Shown: positions 34,986 to 50,831 of the stretch, one piece after another | Layout: every line of letters starts with the position of its first letter | Numbering within the stretch: position 1 is the first letter of the stretch | Source: Escherichia coli | Lineage (GTDB): Bacteria; Pseudomonadota; Gammaproteobacteria; Enterobacterales; Enterobacteriaceae | Assembly: GCF_048403405.1 (NCBI RefSeq) | Contig: NZ_CP183129.1 | Direction: 5' to 3' (one strand) | DNA: 64,000 nt | Translations under genes and position numbers: made by a program | Notes under the pieces: model-generated | Told to the model about the DNA's origin: nothing | Databases searched by the model: none | What the model saw: the letters and a program-made list of their open reading frames with translations, nothing else

Positions 34986-35295
34986 TATTCCTTGTTATAC
35001 ACATTACGAAAAATAAGACATTTAAGATCATCAAAAAAGGAAAGTAAATGTATTGCGTATTAAGGAATAGATTAAATTTATTAAAATTCATGTGGAAAAT
35101 AATTTATAAAAATACATCATTAAAACATATGTATTAATTTTATATTTATTTCGCAGCCAAACAGGATAAACATCAGTCAGGACAAAGACGTAAAATTTAA
35201 GATGAAAGAATATCTGCCGCTTTGATAATCCCAAAGAGCAAAAGCATCCGACAGCGAGGTGCCGTTATGTTCTGTGAAAGTGGAGAAGGTAACCG

Positions 35296-35487
35296 CTAAC
35301 GTTGTACCGGTGATTCGACGGAGAGTGTGGATTGCTGAGCTTCTTTTTTGCTCTGATGGTGCTGCCATGCACCGACGGACGAGTAGATAAAACGGCCAAA
35401 GAAGAAGATAAAGCTGATGAGCAGTACGATACGGGTCATGCGACTGTTAAATCGGTGTCGTTTTCGCATACTGGTTGCCTGACTCAC
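35296..35487 (-). CDS. yfgG: YfgG, small membrane protein
   Basis: 63 aa, single TM; size and synteny match K-12. Confidence 0.75.
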   Translation of the reverse strand: MSQATSMRKRHRFNSRMTRIVLLISFIFFFGRFIYSSVGAWQHHQSKKEAQQSTLSVESPVQR

Positions 35488-35697
35488 AAAAGGTTCCTTG
35501 AAGTATGTCCCACGCTGTGGACGGTACTTACATTAAGGCACAACAGGACAAAATGGTCAATTCTTCGTTATGTAAAAAAGCGTCAGTGGATACATATTTT
35601 AATGTTATGGAAGTTAATTTAATTATTTACAATGATGATGTAATAATGATGAATTAACATGATAAACGTAATAATTCATTAATCAGGGTTATTTTGT

Positions 35698-35711
35698 TTG
35701 ATATATATCAA
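35698..35711 (+). promoter_or_regulatory. FNR box (TTGAT-ATAT-ATCAA) upstream of pdeF, with -10 TAGAAT at ~35733-35738
   Basis: Perfect match to the FNR consensus TTGAT-N4-ATCAA about 22 bp upstream of a -10 hexamer (class II arrangement). Confidence 0.6.
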
Positions 35712-35838
35712 TTGGAACTTTCATATGACACTTAGAATCAATGCTCTCTATAGTGATGAATAATCATCATTCGAAGTCAGGTGGGATGCCTGTCTGAATA
35801 CACCTCCTTCAGGATGTGGGGGATTCTGCTGAGCATCT

Positions 35839-38082
35839 ATGAAACTGAATGCAACTTATATAAAAATACGTGATAAATGGTGGGGGCTTCCGCTGTTCCT
35901 GCCTTCTTTAATCTTGCCCATTTTCGCCCACATTAATACTTTCGCGCATATTTCTTCCGGTGAGGTTTTTCTCTTTTATCTGCCTCTGGCTCTGATGATC
36001 AGCATGATGATGTTTTTCAGCTGGGCGGCATTGCCAGGGATCGCCTTAGGGATTTTTGTCCGCAAATATGCAGAGCTGGGTTTTTACGAAACGCTCTCAT
36101 TAACGGCTAATTTTATTATCATTATCATTCTCTGTTGGGGCGGTTACAGGGTCTTTACTCCCCGGCGTAACAACGTTTCACATGGTGATACCCGTTTAAT
36201 TTCCCAGCGTATATTCTGGCAGATTGTGTTTCCTGCAACGCTGTTTCTGATACTTTTCCAGTTTGCTGCGTTTGTAGGATTACTGGCGAGCAGAGAAAAT
36301 CTGGTCGGCGTCATGCCTTTTAATCTCGGGACCTTAATCAATTATCAGGCCTTACTGGTGGGCAATCTGATTGGTGTCCCGCTGTGCTACTTCATCATTC
36401 GTGTAGTGCGAAATCCGTTTTATTTACGTAGTTATTATTCGCAATTAAAACAGCAGGTTGATGTCAAAGTCACCAAAAAAGAGTTCGCACTCTGGCTACT
36501 GGCATTAGGTGCTTTACTGCTGCTGTTATGCATGCCGTTAAATGAAAAAAGCACAATTTTTAGCACCAACTATACCTTGTCATTATTGCTGCCCCTGATG
36601 ATGTGGGGAGCGATGCGCTATGGTTATAAGCTGATTTCGCTGCTCTGGGCGGTCGTGTTGATGATCAGCATCCACAGCTATCAAAATTACATTCCCATTT
36701 ATCCTGGCTATACCACGCAGCTGACCATAACCTCCTCCAGTTATCTGGTATTCTCTTTTATTGTCAATTATATGGCTGTACTGGCAACCCGTCAGAGAGC
36801 GGTTGTCAGACGCATTCAGCGGCTTGCGTATGTGGACCCGGTAGTTCATCTGCCAAATGTTCGCGCCCTGAATCGCGCGTTGCGTGATGCCCCCTGGTCT
36901 GCGCTTTGTTATTTACGCATCCCTGGCATGGAAATGCTGGTTAAGAACTATGGCATCATGCTGCGGATTCAATACAAGCAAAAACTTTCTCACTGGCTGT
37001 CACCCTTGCTGGAACCGGGTGAGGATGTTTATCAGCTTTCGGGTAACGATCTCGCGCTGCGACTGAATACAGAATCGCACCAGGAGCGCATTACCGAACT
37101 GGATAGCCATCTCAAGCAATTTCGTTTCTTTTGGGATGGAATGCCGATGCAACCGCAGATTGGCGTCAGTTACTGCTATGTGCGCTCGCCAGTGAATCAT
37201 ATCTACCTGCTGCTGGGAGAGCTAAATACGGTCGCCGAACTTTCCATCGTGACCAACGCCCCGGAAAATATGCAGCGTCGCGGGGCAATGTATTTGCAAC
37301 GCGAATTGAAAGATAAAGTCGCGATGATGAATCGACTACAGCAGGCGCTGGAACACAACCATTTTTTCCTGATGGCCCAGCCGATTACCGGTATGCGTGG
37401 CGATGTCTACCATGAAATTCTTCTGCGCATGAAAGGTGAGAATGATGAACTGATCAGCCCCGACAGCTTCTTGCCGGTCGCGCACGAATTTGGTTTATCG
37501 TCGAGTATCGACATGTGGGTCATTGAGCATGCGCTGCAATTTATGGCTGAAAACAGAGCGAAGATGCCCGCTCACCGTTTTGCCATTAATCTGTCGCCAA
37601 CCTCGGTATGTCAGGCTCGTTTTCCCGTTGAAGTCAGTCAGCTGCTGGCTAAATATCAAATTGAAGCGTGGCAACTTATTTTTGAAGTCACCGAAAGTAA
37701 TGCTCTGACAAATGTTAAGCAGGCGCAAATCACCTTGCAGCATCTTCAGGAATTAGGCTGCCAGATTGCGATTGATGATTTCGGCACCGGCTACGCCAGC
37801 TATGCGCGGCTTAAAAATGTGAATGCCGATCTGCTTAAAATTGACGGCAGTTTTATCCGCAATATTGTGTCAAATAGTCTGGATTATCAGATAGTGGCGT
37901 CGATTTGCCACCTGGCGCGAATGAAGAAAATGCGGGTAGTGGCAGAGTACGTTGAAAACGAAGAGATCCGCGAGGCGGTGCTCTCTTTGGGGATCGATTA
38001 TATGCAGGGTTATCTTATTGGTAAGCCGCAACCGTTAATTGATACGCTGAATGAAATCGAACCCATTCGCGAAAGTGCCTGA
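35839..38082 (+). CDS. pdeF: c-di-GMP phosphodiesterase PdeF (YfgF): membrane MASE1 domain, degenerate GGDEF, EAL
   Basis: 747 aa, N-terminal multi-TM region and C-terminal EAL signature; size and synteny match K-12. Confidence 0.9.
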   Translation: MKLNATYIKIRDKWWGLPLFLPSLILPIFAHINTFAHISSGEVFLFYLPLALMISMMMFFSWAALPGIALGIFVRKYAELGFYETLSLTANFIIIIILCWGGYRVFTPRRNNVSHGDTRLISQRIFWQIVFPATLFLILFQFAAFVGLLASRENLVGVMPFNLGTLINYQALLVGNLIGVPLCYFIIRVVRNPFYLRSYYSQLKQQVDVKVTKKEFALWLLALGALLLLLCMPLNEKSTIFSTNYTLSLLLPLMMWGAMRYGYKLISLLWAVVLMISIHSYQNYIPIYPGYTTQLTITSSSYLVFSFIVNYMAVLATRQRAVVRRIQRLAYVDPVVHLPNVRALNRALRDAPWSALCYLRIPGMEMLVKNYGIMLRIQYKQKLSHWLSPLLEPGEDVYQLSGNDLALRLNTESHQERITELDSHLKQFRFFWDGMPMQPQIGVSYCYVRSPVNHIYLLLGELNTVAELSIVTNAPENMQRRGAMYLQRELKDKVAMMNRLQQALEHNHFFLMAQPITGMRGDVYHEILLRMKGENDELISPDSFLPVAHEFGLSSSIDMWVIEHALQFMAENRAKMPAHRFAINLSPTSVCQARFPVEVSQLLAKYQIEAWQLIFEVTESNALTNVKQAQITLQHLQELGCQIAIDDFGTGYASYARLKNVNADLLKIDGSFIRNIVSNSLDYQIVASICHLARMKKMRVVAEYVENEEIREAVLSLGIDYMQGYLIGKPQPLIDTLNEIEPIRESA

Positions 38083-38084
38083 AT

Positions 38085-38117
38085 AATGCGGGCCGACATT
38101 TCTTGTCGGCCCGCAAA
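38085..38117. terminator. Shared convergent terminator for pdeF and ppx
   Basis: GCGGGCCGACA-TTTCTT-GTCGGCCCGC hairpin between the two convergent stops. Confidence 0.5.
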
Positions 38118-38120
38118 GCA

Positions 38121-41733
<3,613 letters not shown>

Positions 41734-41904
41734 TACCACTTTTACTCCGTTTTATTCACGGGACACTGCCTGGATATTATGGCGAGCAATATTGGCAGAT
41801 GTCCAACTATGCCAGAAAAGGGGGAAAAAAACTGCTGGAGCTTGCGATTTACAGGTGAATTGAAAAACGCCAGCGGCAGAGCTGGCGCTTTAACTACGGG
41901 GGCA

Positions 41905-42542
41905 TTACTCGTCGGCAGCGTAGCCCTGCGGCGGCAGACGTTGACCATCCAGCCACGCGGCGTTTTCGTGCATTTTCAGACGACCATCGGCAAACCAGCT
42001 AATCACCAGTGGATAAATAGCGTGTTCCTGGGTTTGCACGCGGGCGGTGATGTCATCTTCCGTATCACCAGCAAATACCGGGACTTTCGCCTGTAAAATA
42101 ACCGGGCCACCGTCCAGTTCATCGGTGACGAAATGCACCGATGTACCGTGCTCTTCATCGCCATTTTCCAGCGCCTGACGATGGGTGTGTAATCCGGGAT
42201 ATTTCGGCAGCAGAGAAGGGTGAATGTTCAGCAAACGCCCGGCATAGTGGGAGACAATCGCCGGGCTGAGAATGCGCATAAAACCAGCCAGCACGACCAC
42301 ATCGGGTGCGTACATGTCGATTTCATGAATCAACTCCCGGTCATAGGCTTCACGACTGTCAAACGCGCTGGCGATGAGCGTATGCGTTGCAATACCCGCC
42401 TGGCGGGCGCGTTCAAGGCCGAACGCGTCGGCCTTATTGCTGAAAACTGCCCGTACGGTGCCTTTAATTTTATTGGTTTTGCAGGCGTCAATAATTGCCT
42501 GCAAATTACTTCCGTTGCCGGAAATAAGCACCACAATATTCA

Positions 42543-42543
<1 letters not shown>
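41905..42543 (-). CDS. purN: Phosphoribosylglycinamide formyltransferase
   Basis: 212 aa; MNIVVLISGNGSNLQAIIDA... Confidence 0.95.
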
Positions 42544-43598
<1,055 letters not shown>

Positions 43599-43643
43599 TT
43601 ACTTGCGGTAGAAAAATAAAATTCGGCGCAATTCTAACAGGGA

Positions 43644-43659
43644 AAGCAAACGTTTGCGA
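43644..43659. promoter_or_regulatory. PurR operator (pur box) of the purMN promoter
   Basis: AAGCAAACGTTTGCGA matches the palindromic pur-box consensus ACGCAAACGTTTGCGT. Confidence 0.7.
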
Positions 43660-43904
43660 GACTGCTTTACACAACCTTTTTGCACGTCTTTTCCCCAGGC
43701 GCGCGGCGAAAGAATACTTGTACCAGGGCAAAGGATCGTTTTCGGATGGAATAATCTTCTTCCATAACCATTTGAATACAAAATAACTTTATCTCAAACC
43801 GTTATCATTTTGACTAAAGTCAACGAAAATAATATTGCCGCCTTGAAGAAAGGAGGTATAATCCGTCGATTTTTTTTGTGGCTGCCCCTCAAAGGAGAAA
43901 GAGT

Positions 43905-44531
43905 ATGAAGATCGTGGAAGTCAAACACCCACTCGTCAAACACAAGCTGGGACTGATGCGTGAGCAAGATATCAGCACCAAGCGCTTTCGCGAACTCGCT
44001 TCCGAAGTGGGTAGCCTGCTGACTTACGAAGCGACCGCCGACCTCGAAACGGAAAAAGTAACTATCGAAGGCTGGAACGGCCCGGTAGAAATCGACCAGA
44101 TCAAAGGTAAGAAAATTACCGTTGTGCCAATTCTGCGTGCGGGTCTGGGGATGATGGACGGTGTGTTGGAAAACGTTCCGAGCGCGCGCATCAGCGTCGT
44201 CGGTATGTACCGTAATGAAGAAACGCTGGAGCCGGTACCGTACTTCCAGAAACTGGTTTCTAACATCGATGAGCGTATGGCGCTGATCGTTGACCCAATG
44301 CTGGCAACCGGTGGTTCCGTTATCGCGACCATCGACCTGCTGAAAAAAGCGGGCTGCAGCAGCATCAAAGTTCTGGTGCTGGTCGCTGCGCCAGAAGGTA
44401 TCGCTGCGCTGGAAAAAGCGCACCCGGACGTCGAACTGTATACTGCATCGATTGACCAGGGACTGAACGAGCACGGATACATTATTCCGGGCCTCGGCGA
44501 TGCCGGTGACAAAATCTTTGGTACGAAATAA
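43905..44531 (+). CDS. upp: Uracil phosphoribosyltransferase
   Basis: 208 aa from [18 protein letters not shown]... Confidence 0.95.
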
Positions 44532-44547
44532 AGAATAAAAATAATTA

Positions 44548-44576
44548 AAGCCGACTTTAAGAGTCGGCTTTTTTTT
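44548..44576 (+). terminator. Rho-independent terminator/attenuator after upp
   Basis: AAGCCGACT-TTAAGA-GTCGGCTT followed by TTTTTTT. Confidence 0.6.
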
Positions 44577-44616
44577 GAGTAAAGCGCCTATAACACATAA
44601 TACAGAGGATAATACT

Positions 44617-45906
44617 ATGACGCGCCGTGCTATCGGGGTGAGTGAAAGACCGCCACTTTTACAGACAATCCCGCTTAGTTTGCAACATTTGTTCGCCATG
44701 TTTGGTGCAACCGTCCTGGTGCCCGTCTTATTTCATATTAACCCGGCGACTGTACTGTTATTTAACGGTATAGGAACGCTGCTGTATCTCTTCATCTGTA
44801 AAGGGAAAATCCCGGCTTATCTTGGTTCCAGCTTTGCCTTTATTTCACCGGTATTGTTACTGTTGCCGTTAGGGTATGAAGTCGCGCTGGGCGGCTTTAT
44901 TATGTGCGGCGTGCTGTTCTGCCTGGTTTCTTTTATCGTGAAGAAAGCGGGGACCGGCTGGCTGGACGTGCTGTTTCCACCTGCGGCAATGGGCGCAATC
45001 GTTGCCGTCATCGGTCTGGAGCTGGCGGGCGTAGCTGCCGGTATGGCAGGTTTACTCCCGGCTGAAGGGCAAACGCCAGACTCCAAAACCATCATCATCT
45101 CCATTACCACCCTGGCAGTCACGGTTTTAGGTTCCGTGCTGTTTCGTGGTTTCCTGGCAATTATCCCGATTTTAATTGGCGTGCTGGTGGGTTACGCGCT
45201 CTCTTTCGCAATGGGAATTGTCGATACCACGCCGATTATTAATGCTCACTGGTTTGCGCTGCCAACCCTCTATACGCCGCGCTTCGAGTGGTTTGCCATT
45301 CTGACTATTCTGCCAGCGGCGTTAGTGGTTATTGCCGAACACGTAGGGCACCTGGTGGTAACGGCTAATATCGTCAAAAAAGATCTGCTGCGCGATCCAG
45401 GTCTGCACCGTTCGATGTTTGCTAACGGCTTGTCGACCGTGATCTCCGGCTTCTTTGGCTCCACGCCAAACACCACCTACGGGGAAAACATTGGCGTGAT
45501 GGCGATCACCCGTGTTTACAGTACCTGGGTTATCGGCGGGGCGGCGATTTTCGCTATCCTGCTTTCCTGCGTCGGTAAACTGGCTGCTGCTATCCAGATG
45601 ATCCCATTGCCGGTGATGGGCGGCGTTTCGCTGCTGCTTTATGGTGTCATCGGTGCTTCCGGTATTCGTGTTTTGATCGAATCGAAAGTGGATTACAACA
45701 AAGCACAGAACCTGATCCTGACTTCCGTGATTTTGATCATCGGTGTCAGTGGCGCGAAGGTAAACATCGGCGCGGCGGAGCTGAAAGGTATGGCGCTGGC
45801 GACCATCGTCGGTATCGGCTTAAGTTTGATCTTCAAAATGATTAGTGTGCTGCGCCCTGAAGAAGTGGTGCTGGACGCAGAAGACGCGGATATAACAGAC
45901 AAATAA
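44617..45906 (+). CDS. uraA: Uracil:proton symporter
   Basis: 429 aa from [36 protein letters not shown]... Confidence 0.95.
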   Translation: MTRRAIGVSERPPLLQTIPLSLQHLFAMFGATVLVPVLFHINPATVLLFNGIGTLLYLFICKGKIPAYLGSSFAFISPVLLLLPLGYEVALGGFIMCGVLFCLVSFIVKKAGTGWLDVLFPPAAMGAIVAVIGLELAGVAAGMAGLLPAEGQTPDSKTIIISITTLAVTVLGSVLFRGFLAIIPILIGVLVGYALSFAMGIVDTTPIINAHWFALPTLYTPRFEWFAILTILPAALVVIAEHVGHLVVTANIVKKDLLRDPGLHRSMFANGLSTVISGFFGSTPNTTYGENIGVMAITRVYSTWVIGGAAIFAILLSCVGKLAAAIQMIPLPVMGGVSLLLYGVIGASGIRVLIESKVDYNKAQNLILTSVILIIGVSGAKVNIGAAELKGMALATIVGIGLSLIFKMISVLRPEEVVLDAEDADITDK

Positions 45907-46000
45907 TGTACCGACCGGGCAGTGTTGCTGCCCGGTTCAAACATCATGGGATTCTGTGGTAAACTTCTCGCGATTTTGTGAAATCCTGGTTGAGGTATCT

Positions 46001-46702
46001 CTGAACACACCGGCACAGCTCTCTTTGCCACTTTATCTTCCTGACGACGAAACCTTTGCAAGTTTCTGGCCGGGGGATAACTCCTCTTTACTGGCCGCGC
46101 TGCAAAACGTGCTGCGTCAGGAACATAGCGGTTACATCTATCTCTGGGCACGCGAAGGCGCGGGGCGCAGCCATCTGCTGCACGCGGCTTGCGCGGAATT
46201 GTCGCAGCGTGGCGATGCGGTGGGCTATGTCCCGCTGGATAAACGCACCTGGTTTGTTCCGGAAGTGCTCGACGGTATGGAGCATTTGTCGCTGGTCTGT
46301 ATCGACAACATTGAGTGTATTGCAGGCGATGAGTTGTGGGAGATGGCGATTTTCGATCTCTACAATCGAATTCTGGAATCGGGCAAAACACGGTTGTTAA
46401 TCACCGGCGATCGTCCACCGCGGCAGTTGAATCTTGGATTACCGGATCTCGCGTCGCGTCTCGACTGGGGGCAGATCTACAAATTGCAGCCACTTTCTGA
46501 TGAAGATAAGTTGCAGGCGCTACAGTTACGCGCGCGTTTGCGTGGTTTTGAACTGCCGGAAGATGTGGGGCGTTTCTTGCTGAAGCGGCTCGACAGAGAA
46601 ATGCGCACGTTATTTATGACGTTGGATCAGTTGGATCGTGCGTCGATTACCGCGCAACGTAAGCTGACCATTCCGTTTGTGAAAGAAATTCTGAAACTGT
46701 AG
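46001..46702 (+). CDS. hda: DnaA-inactivating protein Hda (regulatory inactivation of DnaA), CTG start
   Basis: Hda homolog; the known K-12 CTG initiation codon (233-aa product) falls at 46001; the longer ATG-initiated track ORF begins at 45956. Confidence 0.85.
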
Positions 46703-46744
46703 ACAAGACGTTTATTGTCGGAAATGCACCCATAGTATTCGTCG

Positions 46745-46777
46745 GCCGGATAAGACGCGGCAAGCGTCGCATCCGGC
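46745..46777. repeat. REP (repetitive extragenic palindromic) element
   Basis: GCCGGATAAGACGCGGCAAGCGTCGCATCCGGC, typical REP palindrome between convergent genes. Confidence 0.6.
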
Positions 46778-46807
46778 AATGTGCTTCAACTAGCGATGGA
46801 GCACTTC

Positions 46808-47167
46808 TTAACCCACGATTTCCAGTACCTGCTCCGGTGGACGACCAATCCGCGCTTTGCCATTCGCGACCACAATCGGGCGCTCCATTAGCTTTGGATT
46901 ATCCACCATTGCCTGAATCAGCGCCTCTTCGCTAAGCGAACTGTCAGCCAGGTTCAGTTCTTTATAAAGATCCTCTTTCTGGCGCATCAATTCACGAGCG
47001 CTATTCATCCCCAGCATTTTCAGCAAATCACGCAGCGTTGCCGCATCGGCGGGTGTCTCAAGGTAGAGCACCACTTCTGGCTCCACGCCGTTTTCTTTCA
47101 GCAGGTTTAGCGTTTCCCGGCTCTTTGAACAGCGTGGGTTATGGTAGATTTTTACCTGTTTGGTCAT
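46808..47167 (-). CDS. yfgD: ArsC-family (Spx/ArsC-like) protein YfgD
   Basis: 119 aa; MTKQVKIYHNPRCSKSRETL... Confidence 0.85.
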   Translation of the reverse strand: MTKQVKIYHNPRCSKSRETLNLLKENGVEPEVVLYLETPADAATLRDLLKMLGMNSARELMRQKEDLYKELNLADSSLSEEALIQAMVDNPKLMERPIVVANGKARIGRPPEQVLEIVG

Positions 47168-47187
47168 TGTTCTTCCTTTAATGCGAA

Positions 47188-48651
47188 TTACATCTTGGTA
47201 TAAGGCTTAAAGCGTTCCTGCAGTTGGCGCAACTGGTCGATGCGCGCATCGTAACGCGCTTGTTGCAGGCTGCCTAATTTCACCTGAGAACTGGCGCTAC
47301 TCAACAAGGAAATGGCCTGATCGAGTCGCCCGGCGAGCGCATAACCTTCTGCTCGCGCAGCCAGTTCCTGATCGCGGTTATTTAGCGCGGCCTCCGCCTG
47401 TGCCAGTAAATCCCAGCCATTGCTGTCATCTTTATTATTAAATGTGTAGCGATTCAGAATATTGGCCGCTTCTTGTGGTTGGCCGCCTTGCAGATAAGCG
47501 TTCGCCAGGTTGAGCTGCAACACCGGATTGGTGCGCAAATCACGGGCATTTTTCAGGCGATTGATAGCGTCATTGGCTTTGTTTTGCCCAAGATCGATAT
47601 CGGTAGCCAGATCGAGATACCATGCGTTGCCAGGTTCTGCCGCCAGTAACGGTTGCAGCGTTTTACGCGCCTCGTCGTATTTATTGGCTTCCATCGCCTG
47701 TAAAGCACGACCATATTGTGCTGCTCGTTCCTGACGAACGTTTCCTTTCGCCCATTCATCCAGCAAATCACTGGTGAGCTGGTTACGTCCGGAATTATAC
47801 ATCCCCAGTGTGCGCGCTTTCGCCAGATAGAAATCTTCCGACGACTGCACCACCATCGGGCGCATCTGATTAGCACGGTTGCGGGCATCTGCCAGACGAC
47901 TTTCCGGCAATGGGTGAGTCAATAAAATTTCCGGCGGACGCGAGGAGTAACGCGCCTGATCGAGCAATTTTTCGAGGAAGGTCGGCATCGCCTGCGGATC
48001 GAATCCCGAGCGTTGCAGCACCTGAATACCAATGCGGTCCGCTTCCTGTTCATTTTGCTGGGTGAAACTGATCATCCCCTGGCGCGTTCCCGCCAGTGTA
48101 CCGGTCAGCGCCGCCATCCCCGCCTGCGGACTGGCCATCGCCAGTAAAATAGAACCTAACGCGCCGACCCAGGTCAGCGGCGCGCTGCGTTGTTGATCTT
48201 CCATCGCTCGCGCCAGGTGACGTTGGGTGACGTGGGAGATTTCGTGCGCCATAACTGAAGCCAGTTGACTTTCGTTATCGGAATAACGGAACAGGGCAGA
48301 GTGCAGCACCACGTTGCCGCCAAAGAAAGCAAAGGCGTTAATTTCGTCGTTGTTGATCAGAAAAAAATGAAACGGTGTCTTAACCGAATTGGCATGCGAA
48401 ACCAGACGCATCCCCAGCGAATTAATATATTGCGTTAACAGCGGGTCATTAATTAACGGCGCGCTGCCGCGTAGCTGGCGGACATAATAGTCGCCCATCT
48501 GCATTTCCTGACCAATGGAAAGCGTGCTTCCTGCGGAGGTTCCCATATCCGGCAAGGTGTCTGCGCTGTCGGCAAACGCCGGGGCTACCTGACCAATGGT
48601 CATGGCAGCAATGAGGGTTGCAACCAGGTTTTTTTTCAACTGCCTGAACAT
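47188..48651 (-). CDS. bepA: Periplasmic beta-barrel assembly-enhancing protease BepA (M48 metalloprotease with TPR domain)
   Basis: 487 aa, signal peptide, [10 protein letters not shown] zinc motif, C-terminal TPR-like repeats. Confidence 0.9.
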   Translation of the reverse strand: MFRQLKKNLVATLIAAMTIGQVAPAFADSADTLPDMGTSAGSTLSIGQEMQMGDYYVRQLRGSAPLINDPLLTQYINSLGMRLVSHANSVKTPFHFFLINNDEINAFAFFGGNVVLHSALFRYSDNESQLASVMAHEISHVTQRHLARAMEDQQRSAPLTWVGALGSILLAMASPQAGMAALTGTLAGTRQGMISFTQQNEQEADRIGIQVLQRSGFDPQAMPTFLEKLLDQARYSSRPPEILLTHPLPESRLADARNRANQMRPMVVQSSEDFYLAKARTLGMYNSGRNQLTSDLLDEWAKGNVRQERAAQYGRALQAMEANKYDEARKTLQPLLAAEPGNAWYLDLATDIDLGQNKANDAINRLKNARDLRTNPVLQLNLANAYLQGGQPQEAANILNRYTFNNKDDSNGWDLLAQAEAALNNRDQELAARAEGYALAGRLDQAISLLSSASSQVKLGSLQQARYDARIDQLRQLQERFKPYTKM

Positions 48652-48863
48652 AACCTCTATCCTGTATTTCTGGAGATAGTCATTTGACCGATACTGTGAA
48701 ATATCGTTCCCACCGCGCCGCCTTTGAGTGTAACGGCGAAGATTAGCCCACTCAAATGACTTTTCAGTTTCCTGAATCCGTCATAAAAAGCGAAGTCTTT
48801 TTTGTGACATTTCGATACAATTGCGGATCGCAATCCCGCTCTTGAGGTTCAGGGAAGGTCTTT

Positions 48864-49925
48864 ATGCTCGAAATGTTGATGCAATGGTATCGCCGCCGTT
48901 TTAGCGACCCGGAAGCGATTGCCTTGCTGGTTATTTTAGTTGCCGGATTTGGCATTATCTTTTTCTTTAGTGGCCTGCTTGCTCCGTTGCTGGTGGCTAT
49001 TGTGCTGGCCTATTTGCTGGAATGGCCAACCGTGCGCCTGCAATCTATTGGCTGCTCCCGCCGCTGGGCGACGTCGATTGTATTGGTGGTTTTCGTCGGT
49101 ATATTGCTACTGATGGCGTTCGTGGTACTGCCTATCGCCTGGCAGCAGGGCATCTACTTAATCCGCGATATGCCGGGGATGCTCAATAAGCTTTCTGACT
49201 TTGCCGCCACGTTGCCGCGCCGCTATCCGGCGTTGATGGATGCGGGCATTATTGATGCAATGGCAGAAAATATGCGTAGTCGGATGCTGACCATGGGCGA
49301 TTCGGTGGTGAAAATTTCCCTCGCCTCGCTGGTCGGTTTGCTGACCATAGCCGTCTATCTGGTGCTGGTGCCATTGATGGTCTTCTTCCTGCTGAAAGAC
49401 AAAGAGCAGATGCTGAACGCCGTTCGTCGGGTGCTACCGCGTAACCGCGGACTGGCAGGACAGGTGTGGAAGGAGATGAATCAACAAATCACCAACTATA
49501 TCCGCGGCAAAGTGCTGGAGATGATCGTGGTGGGGATCGCCACCTGGCTGGGATTCTTACTCTTCGGGCTGAACTATTCGCTGCTGCTGGCTGTGCTGGT
49601 CGGTTTCTCGGTTCTTATTCCGTACATTGGCGCATTTGTGGTGACCATTCCGGTGGTTGGCGTGGCGCTATTCCAGTTTGGTGCTGGCACGGAATTCTGG
49701 AGCTGCTTCGCGGTGTATCTGATCATTCAGGCGCTGGACGGCAACCTGTTAGTACCTGTGTTGTTCTCCGAAGCGGTTAATCTGCATCCGCTGGTCATTA
49801 TTTTATCAGTAGTGATCTTCGGTGGTTTGTGGGGATTCTGGGGCGTATTCTTCGCCATTCCATTGGCGACGCTGATCAAAGCCGTGATTCACGCCTGGCC
49901 CGATGGGCAAATCGCGCAAGAATAA
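48864..49925 (+). CDS. perM: Putative permease PerM (AI-2E/UPF0118 family transporter)
   Basis: 353-aa multi-TM protein; synteny with bepA and focB. Confidence 0.85.
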   Translation: MLEMLMQWYRRRFSDPEAIALLVILVAGFGIIFFFSGLLAPLLVAIVLAYLLEWPTVRLQSIGCSRRWATSIVLVVFVGILLLMAFVVLPIAWQQGIYLIRDMPGMLNKLSDFAATLPRRYPALMDAGIIDAMAENMRSRMLTMGDSVVKISLASLVGLLTIAVYLVLVPLMVFFLLKDKEQMLNAVRRVLPRNRGLAGQVWKEMNQQITNYIRGKVLEMIVVGIATWLGFLLFGLNYSLLLAVLVGFSVLIPYIGAFVVTIPVVGVALFQFGAGTEFWSCFAVYLIIQALDGNLLVPVLFSEAVNLHPLVIILSVVIFGGLWGFWGVFFAIPLATLIKAVIHAWPDGQIAQE

Positions 49926-49961
49926 TCTTCAGCCCGACGAACTGTTTCGCCGGGCTGATTT

Positions 49962-50810
49962 TTAGGGTTCCTGACGTAAATAAATAGCCCGATAACAAAT
50001 ACTCACCAGCACTGCACCGCCGATAATATTACCCAGCATCACCGGGAGCAGATTGGCGGTAATAAAATGGCTGACCGTCAGTACCGGAAAATTGTCTGCG
50101 CTACTGTGCGCCAGTTGCCAGAAGGAGGTAGGGGCGAAATGGCGAATGGCAATGGCGAACGGAATCACAAACAAATTGGCGATACAGTGCTCAAAACCAC
50201 TGGCGACAAACAGGGTGATGGGCAAAATCATGGCGACGATTTTGTCGCATAACGAACGTCCGCAATAACTCATCCATAGCGCCAGACAAACCATCAGATT
50301 GCACATAATGCCGAGGCTGACTGATTCAGTAAATGTATGATGCATTTTGCCCTCGGCGCAGTGTAAAACCGCGACTCCCCACATCGCGTTTTCACTCATC
50401 ACCAGCCCGGAAAACCAGATTAACAAACTGAAACAGGCAATACCTGCCAGATTACCGCAGGCCACCAGAAGTGCATTAATCAGCCATGTTCGCCAGCTAA
50501 TAACGCCCCGACTTTTTGCCATCACCGTCATTACCGACGAGGTGAACAGGCTGGTGCCGCAAACCGCTAGCAAAATAAAGCCGAGTGTAAAGCAAAAACC
50601 GCCCACCAGATGGGTTAATGCCTGTGAAGACGGGGCATCGGCGATAACGGTAAGGTAAAAAGTAAATCCGATCGCCATAAACACGCCTGCGGACATCGCC
50701 ATTAAAAAGACCGACACTTTGCTGCGGGCAATTTTATGGGCGGCAATCCGTTCAGCGATTGCCGCTTTTCTGGCGCTCAACTGCAAGTCGAAAGAGAGTT
50801 TGTTTCTCAT
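49962..50810 (-). CDS. focB: Formate channel FocB (FNT family)
   Basis: 282-aa FNT-type membrane protein upstream-adjacent to hyfR. Confidence 0.85.
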   Translation of the reverse strand: MRNKLSFDLQLSARKAAIAERIAAHKIARSKVSVFLMAMSAGVFMAIGFTFYLTVIADAPSSQALTHLVGGFCFTLGFILLAVCGTSLFTSSVMTVMAKSRGVISWRTWLINALLVACGNLAGIACFSLLIWFSGLVMSENAMWGVAVLHCAEGKMHHTFTESVSLGIMCNLMVCLALWMSYCGRSLCDKIVAMILPITLFVASGFEHCIANLFVIPFAIAIRHFAPTSFWQLAHSSADNFPVLTVSHFITANLLPVMLGNIIGGAVLVSICYRAIYLRQEP

Positions 50811-50831
50811 GAATACTCCTGCAAAAGCAGA

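Noticed and set aside
43794-44699. Long antisense ORFs inside host genes (this one opposite upp; similar ones opposite hyf, ppk, perM and hyfR)
   Set aside because: High-GC shadow ORFs antisense to well-conserved genes, with no RBS and low-complexity Arg/Pro/Ala-rich translations
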